Positions 40,512 to 52,019 of a stretch of DNA of 64,000 nucleotides are shown piece after piece. The stretch covers positions 24,168-88,167 of the forward strand of contig CAIRUC010000132.1 in assembly GCA_903881665.1 (NCBI GenBank). Reading direction: 5' to 3'. How positions within the stretch are numbered: the first letter of the stretch is position 1; each line of letters begins with the position of its first letter. A model generated the notes under the pieces. That model had not been told where the DNA came from. It saw nothing but the letters and a program-made list of their open reading frames with translations, and did no database searches. A program made the translations under genes and the position numbers. Source of the stretch: an uncultured Bacteroidota bacterium (GTDB taxonomy: Bacteria > Bacteroidota > Bacteroidia > AKYH767-A > OLB10).

Positions 40512-40776
40512 TCGCTAAAAAATTAATTAAATAAAATTGAACTTTTCCTTGCCTGATTCTCGTTGTTTCACAACACTATAAATGTGAATCCTTCTGCATT
40601 TTAGAAAAATTAATGAGTGGTGATGAAGTTAATATTTGAACTTAATCTCACAATTAAGCGATATTGGTATTGCGAATCTTCTGTCTTGAATTTAGCCTTC
40701 GGAATTCAGATTGGTTAACCTGCTCAAGAGTAGTAATAAGGTTATATCAAAAACACTTGTCATTCAACTTTTCTTG

Positions 40777-42132
40777 TCAATCAAACGCTGTCAATAATAC
40801 TTCCATTTTCGAACCACGCGACCCCTTAATGAGAATTGCTGCATTGTGCGGTAGATGTTTCTTCAGCCATTGCGCCGCTTCCTCTGAGGTATTAAAATGT
40901 ACGAATCCATGTGTTGCAGCCGATGCGGCAAAATGTGAACCTACAACAATTGTTTGTTTTGCTTCAACAGTAGTAGCCAATGACGCAATACGATGATGTT
41001 CTCCGGCGCTCTCGTCACCTAATTCAAGCATTTCTCCTAATGCAAGATATTTATCGCCAGAAAAAGCATTTCTGAAATTCGTTATTGCTGCATTCATGCT
41101 ACTAGGATTTGCATTGTATGCATCTAAAACAATTGTTATATCGCCTTTATGAATTAACTGCGAACGTTGATTGCCTGGTATATATCCGCTAATAGCTTCT
41201 TCTATTTTATTCTTTTCAATCCCGAAGTGATTTCCTAAAGCAACAGCACTTAAAACATTATCGAGATTGTAATCTCCAGTAAGCTGAGTGTTGATCAATT
41301 GTTTAAACGGCTTTGTTATTTCAACTGATAAAAGTTCGCCACGCATTACCGCCGATCCACAAATAGTATTGGTGGTTGTAGTTCCATAAGTAACTATTTT
41401 CTCATATCCGTTTAATATTTCAACCAGCGTTTCACGATCATGCTGAATAAATATTAGTCCTTTCTGCGCTTTAATATAATCGTATAGCTCACCTTTTCCT
41501 TTCTTTACGCCCTCAATTCCTCCGAACCCTTCGAGATGTGCTTTTCCGATATTGGTAATTAATCCGAAGTTGGGTTGTGCAATGGAAGTTAATAATTCAA
41601 TTTCCTTCAAATGGTTGGCTCCCATTTCAATGACCGCAAATTGATGTTCTTTTGTAACTGATAATATCGTTAATGGAACCCCAATATGATTGTTAAGATT
41701 TCCTTGGGTGTAATACGTGTTGAATTTTTGTTTTAATACTGACGCAACGAGCTCTTTGGTTGTTGTTTTTCCATTGCTTCCAGTGATGCCTAAAACGGGG
41801 ATGTTTAATTGTTGGCGATGATGAGTCGCTAGTTTTTGAAGTGTCAATAATACATCTTCGGTTAGTAAAATTCGCTCGTCAGCGTGGCCATGTAATTCAT
41901 CAACGATAGCAAAGGCAGCTCCGCCTTTAAGTGCATCATGCGCAAATAAATTTCCGTTGAATTGGGCTCCCTTTAAAGCAAAGAAAAGACATCCTTCAGT
42001 GAACTTGCGTGTGTCGGTACTGATAACAGAATTACTTTGGAAGATTTGATAAAGGTTTTCAATACTAATCATAGCGTAATGGCTGTGTAGGTTTGTAATT
42101 GGCTCCGAAGATAAAATATCTGCACCAAACAT
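40777..42132 (-). CDS. murF: UDP-N-acetylmuramoyl-tripeptide--D-alanyl-D-alanine ligase
   Basis: Mur ligase P-loop GITGSNGKTTTKE; length and domain order match MurF. Confidence 0.8.
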   Translation of the reverse strand: MFGADILSSEPITNLHSHYAMISIENLYQIFQSNSVISTDTRKFTEGCLFFALKGAQFNGNLFAHDALKGGAAFAIVDELHGHADERILLTEDVLLTLQKLATHHRQQLNIPVLGITGSNGKTTTKELVASVLKQKFNTYYTQGNLNNHIGVPLTILSVTKEHQFAVIEMGANHLKEIELLTSIAQPNFGLITNIGKAHLEGFGGIEGVKKGKGELYDYIKAQKGLIFIQHDRETLVEILNGYEKIVTYGTTTTNTICGSAVMRGELLSVEITKPFKQLINTQLTGDYNLDNVLSAVALGNHFGIEKNKIEEAISGYIPGNQRSQLIHKGDITIVLDAYNANPSSMNAAITNFRNAFSGDKYLALGEMLELGDESAGEHHRIASLATTVEAKQTIVVGSHFAASAATHGFVHFNTSEEAAQWLKKHLPHNAAILIKGSRGSKMEVLLTAFD

Positions 42133-42274
42133 GAATCATCTTTTTGAAAAGTTCAAAAGGGAGCCAGTAGATGCTGTGCTTTTTTGGTTTACCTCGAATT
42201 ATATGAGTTTTACCGTTAATCTTTTCTTATTGGTGTTTTATTTGTAAAATTTGATGTGCTGTTAAAATCGACTA

Positions 42275-43324
42275 ATGAAATTACATGAGATATTGATCAA
42301 TATTGGATGCTCTGTGGCATTTTTACTTTTCCCTGTTCTTTTCTCTCCCGATTCGAATATGTCGTTCGATTTATTTGCAGCAATACCTTTTCAACGCGAC
42401 TTTTTTGCATACATGCTAATGGTTGGTTTCTTTTATGTAAATTATTATTTCATAATTCCTCGGTTTTATTTTAAAAGAAATTACCTTGTTTACGCGTTAA
42501 CTGTGCTGGCTTGTTTTTTAATTGTAGTCTTTCTTCCAATTTGGATAATAATAGACCCGTTGCACCAGGCTGCAAATTTGATTCATCTACCTGAAGTGGG
42601 GAGATATGATGCTGATCAATTTCATGGCCATCAATCATTATTATTTTTTGTTGCGAGCACTCGCTTCTTTCAATTTGCGTCGATTGCAGTTTTTTCAATG
42701 ATGCTGAAAATGCATAATCGCTTAAAAGATACACGCCGTGAACAATTGGGTTCAGAACTTTCGTTTCTTAAAGCACAAATAAATCCTCATTTTCTTTTTA
42801 ATACGCTTAATAGTATTTATTCATCAGCGGTTCAAGAAAATGCTCCCACTACAGCGAACTCTATTGTTCGATTATCGGGTTTGATGCGATATGTTTATAC
42901 TGAATCCGTTTCGGATTACGTGCCTTTAGAACATGAAATAAATTACATTACCGATTACGTTTTATTGCAGGGAATAAGACTTCAAGAAACAGTCCCGATT
43001 ATTTTCCGGATAGAAGGAGATTTTAATAATAAAAAAATCGCGCCTTTGTTGTTAATGCCGTTTATTGAGAATGCTTTCAAATATGGAGTCAATGCAGAAG
43101 AGGCATCTCGTATTTTTATTAATATATCAGTTACTCGTGATCAGTTGATTTTAACTGCCGAAAACAATAAAGTATCTACTATTTATGAAAGTTCATTTAG
43201 TTCAGGTGTAGGGTTGTCGAATGTGCGCAACCGTTTGCAGTTAGTTTATCCCAGCCGACATGAATTAATAGTAAAAGATTTGAATGATGTTTACAAAGTT
43301 TTTTTATCTATTCAATTAAGATGA
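42275..43324 (+). CDS. Sensor histidine kinase, LytS/YehU type (His_kinase pfam06580 + HATPase)
   Basis: The N-terminal TM region is followed by the HFLFNTLNSI H-box and the N-box LLMPFIENAFKYG. It overlaps the following LytTR regulator by 4 nt. Confidence 0.75.
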   Translation: MKLHEILINIGCSVAFLLFPVLFSPDSNMSFDLFAAIPFQRDFFAYMLMVGFFYVNYYFIIPRFYFKRNYLVYALTVLACFLIVVFLPIWIIIDPLHQAANLIHLPEVGRYDADQFHGHQSLLFFVASTRFFQFASIAVFSMMLKMHNRLKDTRREQLGSELSFLKAQINPHFLFNTLNSIYSSAVQENAPTTANSIVRLSGLMRYVYTESVSDYVPLEHEINYITDYVLLQGIRLQETVPIIFRIEGDFNNKKIAPLLLMPFIENAFKYGVNAEEASRIFINISVTRDQLILTAENNKVSTIYESSFSSGVGLSNVRNRLQLVYPSRHELIVKDLNDVYKVFLSIQLR

Positions 43325-44016
43325 TTAAAGCAATTGCAATCGACGATGAACCACCAGCTTTAAAACTACTGGAAAATTATTGTTCCAATGTTGATTTTGT
43401 TAAGCTTGAACGTACGTTTGTAAAGCCTACAGAAGCGATCAAATATGTGAATAAATTTCCTGTAGATTTAATTTTTTTAGATGTGCAAATGCCAGGCTTA
43501 ACAGGTCTCGATTTGTTTAAAAGGTTTGAGCAAGACACCATGGTTATTTTTACTACTGCACATAGTCGTTATGCACTCGATGGGTTTGAATTAAGCGCAA
43601 TCGACTTTTTGTTGAAGCCCTTTACGTATGACCGTTTCGTAGTGGCAGTTAGAAAAGCACAAGACTATTACAATTTCATGCATCGGCTCGATGTTGCTAA
43701 TTCGGCAAGTATCTTTTTGCGAAGTGAATATAGTTTAGTGAAGGTTAAATTATCCGATATTATTTATATTGAAGGATCTGACGATTACATTAAAGTTATT
43801 CAAGAAAATGGGAATCACATCATTGTACGAATGACCATGAAAGCGATTACAGAAAAATTGCCGCCCGCCGAATTTTTAAGGGTCCATCGTTCCTTTATTA
43901 TTCCGTTGTCTAAAATTAATCATGTTAGAAGCAAGAATATTTATATTGGGGATTCTGAAATTCCAGTCGGAGTGAGTTATGAGCATGAATTCAATCTTCG
44001 TTTTAAGGGTGCATAG
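43321..44016 (+). CDS. LytTR-family response regulator
   Basis: Receiver domain (IDDEPPAL...FLDVQMPGLTGLDL) with a C-terminal LytTR DNA-binding domain. Confidence 0.8.
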   Translation: MIKAIAIDDEPPALKLLENYCSNVDFVKLERTFVKPTEAIKYVNKFPVDLIFLDVQMPGLTGLDLFKRFEQDTMVIFTTAHSRYALDGFELSAIDFLLKPFTYDRFVVAVRKAQDYYNFMHRLDVANSASIFLRSEYSLVKVKLSDIIYIEGSDDYIKVIQENGNHIIVRMTMKAITEKLPPAEFLRVHRSFIIPLSKINHVRSKNIYIGDSEIPVGVSYEHEFNLRFKGA

Positions 44017-44654
44017 CTTGTTCAAAGTCCTTTTCTTCTTGTTTAGCCTATAATTTTATTGGTTTCGCCTTAATTTATTTGATGTTCACCCCTAAATTCG
44101 CATATTTGTAAAAGCAACAAAAGGCATTCCGATCGTTGTGTGAATCTTAGTTAGGTTTAATAGTTTCCTTAAAAAGAAGGAGCATGGGATTGAAATGAAA
44201 GAATAGTAACGGGTTCTGATTTTCGATAACATCTCCTTCTTTTTTTATTGGCTATTTTCTCGAAACTTGTTTTTTAAGGAGTTTACAAGGAGAATCCGCT
44301 GATTAGGAATCTTGAATTACGCTTTTCGACGATTTCAGTAAATAGTTCTTTATTGCTTTTAGGAAAAAGGTTTTACGAGTTTCCGCTTTAATGCAAGCAT
44401 TCCTGTTCGGTACAAATGCTCCCCAAGTTGGAACGCCTGTTTTATAAATTGTTGATTTTTTATTTTGTCTCATCTGATTCGTTTTTTTAGATAGTTTAAT
44501 AAAAAAAACTACTATAAGGAATTTCCGCAAATGCAATGAATAATCCGGTTTTTTAAGCTGTGTGGCTGTTAAAATTTTGTAATATTGCATAGGTTCAACC
44601 CTTCCGGGTATATACAATACAATGTATGCATTACGAAAGTGAAAATTCAGTAAA

Positions 44655-45347
44655 ATGGCTGCCACATTAAAAAAGCTGCACTCCGACTTCTCAGTCGATT
44701 GTGTGGTATTCGGCTTCGATGAAGGTGAATTGAAAATTCTGCTGATCGATAGAAATGAAGCTCCTTTTAAGGAATGGAAGGCTATTCCCGGAAATCTTGT
44801 TGCTAAATCGGAGGACATCGATCATGCGGCATCAAGGGTATTGTATGAGCTTACGGGACTGAAAGATGTTTACCAGGAGCAACTGTATACTTTTGGGAAG
44901 GTCAACCGACATCCGCAGGGGCGCGTAATCACCGTGGCGTATTATTCGATTATCAGAAGAACGGAAGATGGATTACATCCTATGAGTTCTTTTGCGCGTG
45001 AGGCCTATTGGTGGCCGGCTAACGATTTGCCGAAGTTAGCTTTCGATCATAATGAAATTGCAGAAAAGGCATTACAGCGCCTTAGAGAAAAGATATTAGT
45101 AGAGCCTATAGGATTTGAGCTGTTGCCAAAAGAATTCACTTTAACGCAGCTGCAACACGTTTACGAAGCTATTACAGGTGAAGACGTAGATAAACGTAAT
45201 TTTAGAAAGCGTATTTTGGGATCTGATTTATTAAAGCAGCTCAATAAGAAGCAAGCGGGGGTAGCCCATCGCGCTGCGTATTTGTATACGTTCAACGAAA
45301 AGAAATATAAGAAGCTGAAAAATCAGGGGATGATTTTCGGAATATAG
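44655..45347 (+). CDS. Nudix-fold protein with a C-terminal winged-helix-like region (NrtR-like regulator?); the Nudix box is degenerate
   Basis: The Nudix fold begins at FSVDCVVFGFDEG. The box region RVLYELTGL lacks the canonical REx2EE glutamates. The Nudix-fold region is followed by a C-terminal ~90-aa region, as in NrtR. Confidence 0.6.
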   Translation: MAATLKKLHSDFSVDCVVFGFDEGELKILLIDRNEAPFKEWKAIPGNLVAKSEDIDHAASRVLYELTGLKDVYQEQLYTFGKVNRHPQGRVITVAYYSIIRRTEDGLHPMSSFAREAYWWPANDLPKLAFDHNEIAEKALQRLREKILVEPIGFELLPKEFTLTQLQHVYEAITGEDVDKRNFRKRILGSDLLKQLNKKQAGVAHRAAYLYTFNEKKYKKLKNQGMIFGI

Positions 45348-45978
45348 TTGATTGATGTTAGATGCTAGATATTAAATGTTCGCAAAATGCCCATTGGATT
45401 TGGATCAAATTCATTCATTAGAAAAACTATAGGCAATAGACTATTGATGTTCGATATCCTTCATCTCTCATATTGCACCTTTCATCATTTCAATCTGAAA
45501 CGATATTAAATTGGCAATAACAGTTTTCGTTTCGATCTAAATTCTTTCATTGTTTGGAGGCCCATTTAGGAGGGTTGTTTTTAATGTAATTGCAAACCCT
45601 CATGTATTCGATTTCGTTACCAATAATGCCCTTGTCTCTTGCTTTTTTCATTCAACTAAACATTATAATCATTTAATCAATGTCCTCACAGGGGCTAATT
45701 TCCAACCCTCAATTTCATACCCCGCTATTTAAATTGCAATCTTCTTCGAAGTATTCTTTGTAGGTTTTATCTTCAGTGGTGTTTTTAATGACGGTGAGTG
45801 TTTGATATTTTAGGGTGATGGATAAGGAGCATTTAGAGTCGGTGTTTATTTGACTGTCTTAATCGAAGTTTTCAGTGCGTAAATGTTTAGTGATGGCGAT
45901 AACACTAATGTTTCTTAAGTCGATGATGTAGTAGGTGCTGTTGGTTTTCTCGAAAAATAGTCTCACTTACCTCACAAA

Positions 45979-46024
45979 CAAAGCGGGATCTTTGCTCACC
46001 ATCGTGAGCGAAGATCCCGCTTTC
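45979..46024 (-). terminator. Terminator downstream of groEL (nested hairpin)
   Basis: An outer stem (agcgggatctt/aagatcccgct) encloses an inner gctcac-catc-gtgagc hairpin. T-rich sequence follows on the minus strand. Confidence 0.5.
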
Positions 46025-46087
46025 GCAATTAGTTTAATTGTATTTTTTTCCTGTTGATGCAACAATAGGTTATTGCATTTTTAGGTT

Positions 46088-47722
<1,635 letters not shown>

Positions 47723-47762
47723 TTATGGTTGATTTTTTTAGTTGTGTAAGAGAAATTGAAAA

Positions 47763-48041
47763 TTAAATAACTGCGAAAATGTCGCTTTCGCGCATGATGA
47801 GGTATTCTTTTCCGTCAACAGAAATTTCTGTACCTGCATATTTTCCGTATAAAACGGTGTCGCCTACTTTTACTGTTATTGGCTCATCTTTTTTACCGTT
47901 TCCCACAGCTACTACTTTACCTTTCTGTGGTTTTTCTTTTGCTGTGTCGGGAATGATCAGTCCGCTTGCAGTTTTTTCTTCTGCCGGTGAAACTTCTACA
48001 ATCACACGGTCAGCTAACGGTTGGATGTTCACGTTGCTCAT
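47763..48041 (-). CDS. groS: Co-chaperonin GroES
   Basis: 92 aa ([16 protein letters not shown]...). Confidence 0.9.
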   Translation of the reverse strand: MSNVNIQPLADRVIVEVSPAEEKTASGLIIPDTAKEKPQKGKVVAVGNGKKDEPITVKVGDTVLYGKYAGTEISVDGKEYLIMRESDIFAVI

Positions 48042-48157
48042 TGTTGTTATGTGTTTTAAGTTTATTTGAATTGAAATTATTAATTTCTAAAGGTTAAACG
48101 GATCTGTAAAATCTCCGCGCAGCCGCACTACTACTATTATGCCAGCGCCATTTAAAA

Positions 48158-48206
48158 GAAAAAATGCTGTCAAAATTTCCTATCCGGAATCATGACAGCA
48201 TTTTTC
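48158..48206 (-). terminator. Terminator between secG and groES
   Basis: aaaaaa-atgctgtca-(19 nt)-tgacagcat-ttttt. T/A runs lie on both sides. Confidence 0.5.
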
Positions 48207-48257
48207 ATGACAGATTATAGGCAAATCTGTCATTTGTTTTATCGTTTTGTCAGCCCC

Positions 48258-48635
48258 TTATTTTGTAGGTTGAGCAGGCTGTGCAGCTGGTTGTCCTTGA
48301 GCAGGTTGTTGTTGTCCGGCCGCTGGAGCAGCAGGTCCTTTCGGTGCCGCTGGAGCCGCTATGCCTTCTAATTTACCTTCCAAAGCTGATTTAGAACCCG
48401 TACTTACTTGACTTCTAGGAATAGCAAAGTTTCCAACGATGGCTAAAACAATAAGCGTAACTGCAAATCCCCATGTTAGTTTTTCTAAAGCATCGGAAGT
48501 TTTGCGAACACCCATAATTTGGTTTGATGCGCTTAAGCCCGACGTTAATCCGCCGCCTTTTGAGTTTTGTACTAATATAACAGCACCCAATAGGATACTA
48601 ACGATGATTAATAATACAATGATAAACGTAAACAT
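48258..48635 (-). CDS. secG: Preprotein translocase subunit SecG
   Basis: 125 aa. The two-TM SecG core (ILLGAVILVQNSKGGGL) has a Pro/Ala/Gln-rich tail. Confidence 0.8.
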   Translation of the reverse strand: MFTFIIVLLIIVSILLGAVILVQNSKGGGLTSGLSASNQIMGVRKTSDALEKLTWGFAVTLIVLAIVGNFAIPRSQVSTGSKSALEGKLEGIAAPAAPKGPAAPAAGQQQPAQGQPAAQPAQPTK

Positions 48636-48641
48636 GATGTA

Positions 48642-50255
48642 TCAGGAGTTTAATTTATTTTTTAAGTCTTTTATTAGGGATGCAAAGTAAGCACTTTTTT
48701 CTGGAATTTTCAAAGATAGTTTTTCGTAGAACGAAATGGCTTTTTCGAAGTTGCCTTGTTGCGCGTAAATAGCTGCTAATGTTTCAGTTATGAGTTCGTC
48801 GGATTCTTGTACGCTTTTTCTAGCCATGTTAACTGGGTTGTTGTAGGCCTTCATCGGTGTGATCCGCGGCGCTTGTTGAATGAATTGTTCTATAATTTGG
48901 ATCTGCTCATTTTTGCCCGGTTGTTTCTTATCACTAAAAACTGGCTTGTAATCGGATGGGCTTTTAACTTTTTTAGACTTTTTAGAAGGTTTCATTACTT
49001 CTTTTAATCCTAATTCATGATTCGTACGTAGCGTTGGTCCATTATTTCTTTCGATTGAAGAAAGAGTAGGATTTTGATGCTCGGCAGGTTTTATGTGTTG
49101 AGGATTGGGCCTTAGGTAAACCTCGCGAGCAGGTGCTCTTTGATCTTCTAAATTATTACGTTGTTCGGCTATTGGTTCGGTTACACTTCCTTTTACATAT
49201 AGTACTTTAGCCACCGACTTAATGGTTTCTTCCGCATTTTCCTCGGGCGATTCAGTTGGATGCTGTTCACTTGCTTCTATTGCGTAGGCGGGCTCGTAAA
49301 AAGAGCGTTCGCTAGGTATTTCTTCAGCGCTTTCATGTGTTATAACTGTAATAGGGAGTGCGGTTTCTTTTTTCTGCTCTAGTGTAATCGCAGCAGGCGC
49401 TATTGCATTAACAGCAGCTTCATCTTTTGCTTTCGAATGATTTAACTGCAACCATTCCGCAAACGAATGCGCTTCATTTTCATTAGGAGCGATCGGTGCT
49501 ACTGTTGCAATTATTTCCTTTGGTGCAGGTTCTTCCGTATTCATGTTTTCCTCGTTAGTATTCGAGTAGATCGGGCTCTGCACTTCTTCTGTACTTGTTG
49601 GTTCTATAGATTGCTCTTGCGCAATTGTGTTTGATATAATTTCTTCTTCTTCTTCTTCCTCAAACATTTTCTCTTCATCGGAAGATAGTTGCTGCTCTAC
49701 TTCACTAATTTTAAATTCAACTACTTTAATTTCATGTTCTATTTTGCGAATTTCATGGTCGAGCGCAATGGTATTATGGCCGTCGTCGTCGCTTAATCCA
49801 ATCTCTGTGAAGTAATCCGATTCTTTGATCTGCGATTCTGTAATCGCTTCTTTGATTAGGTCTTCGAGTGGGTCTTTGTGTTCAGGAACCAAAACAACTT
49901 GCTCTACTTCATTTGCAGGAGTGCTCAATTGATTTTCTGCGATTTCTTGAGCGATTGATTTATTGCCTTCCGCCGGTTCAATTGAAACTTCTACAATGTC
50001 ATTTTCGATGGAGGCCTCAACTGTTTGATTATGCATTATCTGATATAATCGCACTCTATCAGGAGCAAAGGCAGCAGTTACTTTCAGCTTTTGGCTATAT
50101 TGTATCGAATCATTGTCTTTTAAATGACGCAATTGCAAAATGCGCAACGGCTGACAATAAGGAAACTGGTCGACCAACTTCTGCAATTCATCTGCAGAGT
50201 AGGTAGCTACCAGATCGGGCTGCCGCACAAAATTTAAAAACTGTTCTCTTGTCAT
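48642..50255 (-). CDS. Hypothetical protein with a central acidic low-complexity region and a C-terminal TPR-like helical repeat
   Basis: 537-aa ORF with a poly-E run (EEEEEEE) and a C-terminal AAIYAQQGNFEKAISFYEKL TPR-like motif. Confidence 0.5.
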   Translation of the reverse strand: MTREQFLNFVRQPDLVATYSADELQKLVDQFPYCQPLRILQLRHLKDNDSIQYSQKLKVTAAFAPDRVRLYQIMHNQTVEASIENDIVEVSIEPAEGNKSIAQEIAENQLSTPANEVEQVVLVPEHKDPLEDLIKEAITESQIKESDYFTEIGLSDDDGHNTIALDHEIRKIEHEIKVVEFKISEVEQQLSSDEEKMFEEEEEEEIISNTIAQEQSIEPTSTEEVQSPIYSNTNEENMNTEEPAPKEIIATVAPIAPNENEAHSFAEWLQLNHSKAKDEAAVNAIAPAAITLEQKKETALPITVITHESAEEIPSERSFYEPAYAIEASEQHPTESPEENAEETIKSVAKVLYVKGSVTEPIAEQRNNLEDQRAPAREVYLRPNPQHIKPAEHQNPTLSSIERNNGPTLRTNHELGLKEVMKPSKKSKKVKSPSDYKPVFSDKKQPGKNEQIQIIEQFIQQAPRITPMKAYNNPVNMARKSVQESDELITETLAAIYAQQGNFEKAISFYEKLSLKIPEKSAYFASLIKDLKNKLNS

Positions 50256-50256
50256 T

Positions 50257-50760
50257 TTACCAGTTACTTACTGCTTTATTGAAGATGTCATCAACGAGTT
50301 GTTTATTGATTTCATCCATTAATGTTTGCTCTACCTCAGCCAAACTTTTCTTTGAATCGTAGTCGGCGTATCTCGAGAAATTGGTTTCGTAATTCTGCTT
50401 TTCGTCTTTTTGGTTGGTAAATTTAACATTTACTGCGATTGTAAGGCGATTTAATGCTGCAGTTTCTGTTCCTTGAATCGCTACGGGCTGAGTTCTGTAG
50501 TCGGATATATACCCGTCGAACATCAAATCTCCACTTTCATTTACGAGGCGAAGGTTGGTTTGCGATACAAATTTATCTTTTAATTTTTCAGTAAAGGCCT
50601 GACTTAAAGCCGGCTGAATAAGCGATGATCGATTAGGAAAATATTTGATGCTTACCGTTTTTACATCTGGCGAAATAGATGCCCCGGTGAATGAATACAC
50701 TCCACATCCTTGCATCGCTGCAAGAAGCATAAATGAGAATAAGTAGATTAGTTTCCTCAT
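50257..50760 (-). CDS. LptE-like lipoprotein (putative LPS-assembly lipoprotein)
   Basis: Lipobox LAAMQGC. At ~165 aa the size and composition resemble Bacteroidetes LptE-family proteins. Assignment is inference. Confidence 0.45.
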   Translation of the reverse strand: MRKLIYLFSFMLLAAMQGCGVYSFTGASISPDVKTVSIKYFPNRSSLIQPALSQAFTEKLKDKFVSQTNLRLVNESGDLMFDGYISDYRTQPVAIQGTETAALNRLTIAVNVKFTNQKDEKQNYETNFSRYADYDSKKSLAEVEQTLMDEINKQLVDDIFNKAVSNW

Positions 50761-50761
50761 T

Positions 50762-52003
50762 TTATTTGATATTGTATTCGTTAATTTTTCGATATAATGT
50801 TCGCTCCGATATTCCCAATTCTTTGGCAGCTAGTTTTCTCTTGCCTTTATGCTTCTCTATCGCTTTTTTAATCATTTCTTTCTCTTTTTCAGATAGCGAT
50901 AATGTTTCGTCAACCACTTCTTCGTGCGCATCAATTTTATATCCCGCAGGTTGAATCGTAACGCCTGGCTGTGTTTGAATAACGCTAGGCTGTTGTGCAG
51001 GCATTAAATCATTGCTTTCGGTATATGCAGTGGCAGGAAAGATGTTGTTGTTGTCTTCGGGCATATTCACTGTTGATCCCGACATCAAATTAGCTACTAC
51101 TTTTTTTAATTCTGTCAGATCTTTTTTCATATCGAAAAGTACTTTGTACAATAAATCCCTTTCCGAAAAACTTTCGTTTTTATTGGCTTCATCTCGAAGT
51201 AACATCGGCATCTTTGATCCGCTTTCCGCAGGCAGGTATTTTAACACCGTTTCGGGTGAAATCTCTTTATTTTTCTCGAGTATCGACAGCTGCTCCGTTA
51301 CATTTTTCAACTGACGAACATTTCCTGGCCAACGATAGTCGGTTAGTAGTTGTTGGGCTTCAGCACGCAAATGCAACATAGGCATTCTGTATTTATCGGC
51401 AAAGTCGACAGCAAATTTCCTGAATAGTAAAAATACATCTTCCTTGCGCTCTCTTAAAGGCGGAATATGAATAGGAACAGTATTAAGTCGATAATATAAA
51501 TCTTCTCTAAATTTTCCTTTCTCAATAGCATCAGGAATATTTACATTGGTTGCAGCTACTACACGCACATTTGTTTTTTGCACTTTACTAGAGCCTACCC
51601 GCATGAATTCACCTGTTTCTAACACGCGCAATAGTCGTACCTGCGTAAGAGATGGCAGCTCGGCTACTTCATCAAGAAATATTGTTCCTCCGTTTACTAC
51701 TTCAAAATATCCTTTTCTCGACTCGTGTGCTCCAGTAAAAGACCCTTTTTCATGTCCGAATAATTCTGAATCTATGGTGCCTTCTGGTATAGCGCCGCAG
51801 TTAACAGCGATATAAGGTCCGTGTTTTCTTCCGCTAAGAAAATGAATAATTTGAGGAAATATTTCTTTCCCTGTGCCACTTTCTCCCGTAATTAAAACCG
51901 ACAAATCGGTAGGAGCAACCTGTCGCGCAATATCAATGCTATGATCGAGTTGCGCAGAAGAGCCAATGATGCCGAATCGTACTTTTAAATCTTGAATATT
52001 CAC
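50762..52003 (-). CDS. Sigma-54-dependent transcriptional activator (AAA+ σ54-interaction domain + C-terminal Fis-type HTH) lacking a receiver/sensor domain
   Basis: Walker A GESGTGKE, GAFTGA-like ESELFGHEKGSFTGA and the C-terminal HTH ELGISERTLYRKI. The AAA+ domain starts about 40 aa from the N-terminus. Confidence 0.8.
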   Translation of the reverse strand: MNIQDLKVRFGIIGSSAQLDHSIDIARQVAPTDLSVLITGESGTGKEIFPQIIHFLSGRKHGPYIAVNCGAIPEGTIDSELFGHEKGSFTGAHESRKGYFEVVNGGTIFLDEVAELPSLTQVRLLRVLETGEFMRVGSSKVQKTNVRVVAATNVNIPDAIEKGKFREDLYYRLNTVPIHIPPLRERKEDVFLLFRKFAVDFADKYRMPMLHLRAEAQQLLTDYRWPGNVRQLKNVTEQLSILEKNKEISPETVLKYLPAESGSKMPMLLRDEANKNESFSERDLLYKVLFDMKKDLTELKKVVANLMSGSTVNMPEDNNNIFPATAYTESNDLMPAQQPSVIQTQPGVTIQPAGYKIDAHEEVVDETLSLSEKEKEMIKKAIEKHKGKRKLAAKELGISERTLYRKINEYNIK

Positions 52004-52019
52004 GTTGAAAAATGTTAAA

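Noticed and set aside
44303-44818. 171-aa minus-strand ORF overlapping the Nudix gene start
   Set aside because: It has low-complexity basic composition, overlaps a well-supported CDS and shows no recognisable domain. Part of it could hide a small gene in 44303-44600, but there is no support for that.
48042-48160. Searched for a CIRCE element (TTAGCACTC-N9-GAGTGCTAA) upstream of groES
   Set aside because: It was not found, consistent with Bacteroidota not using HrcA/CIRCE.
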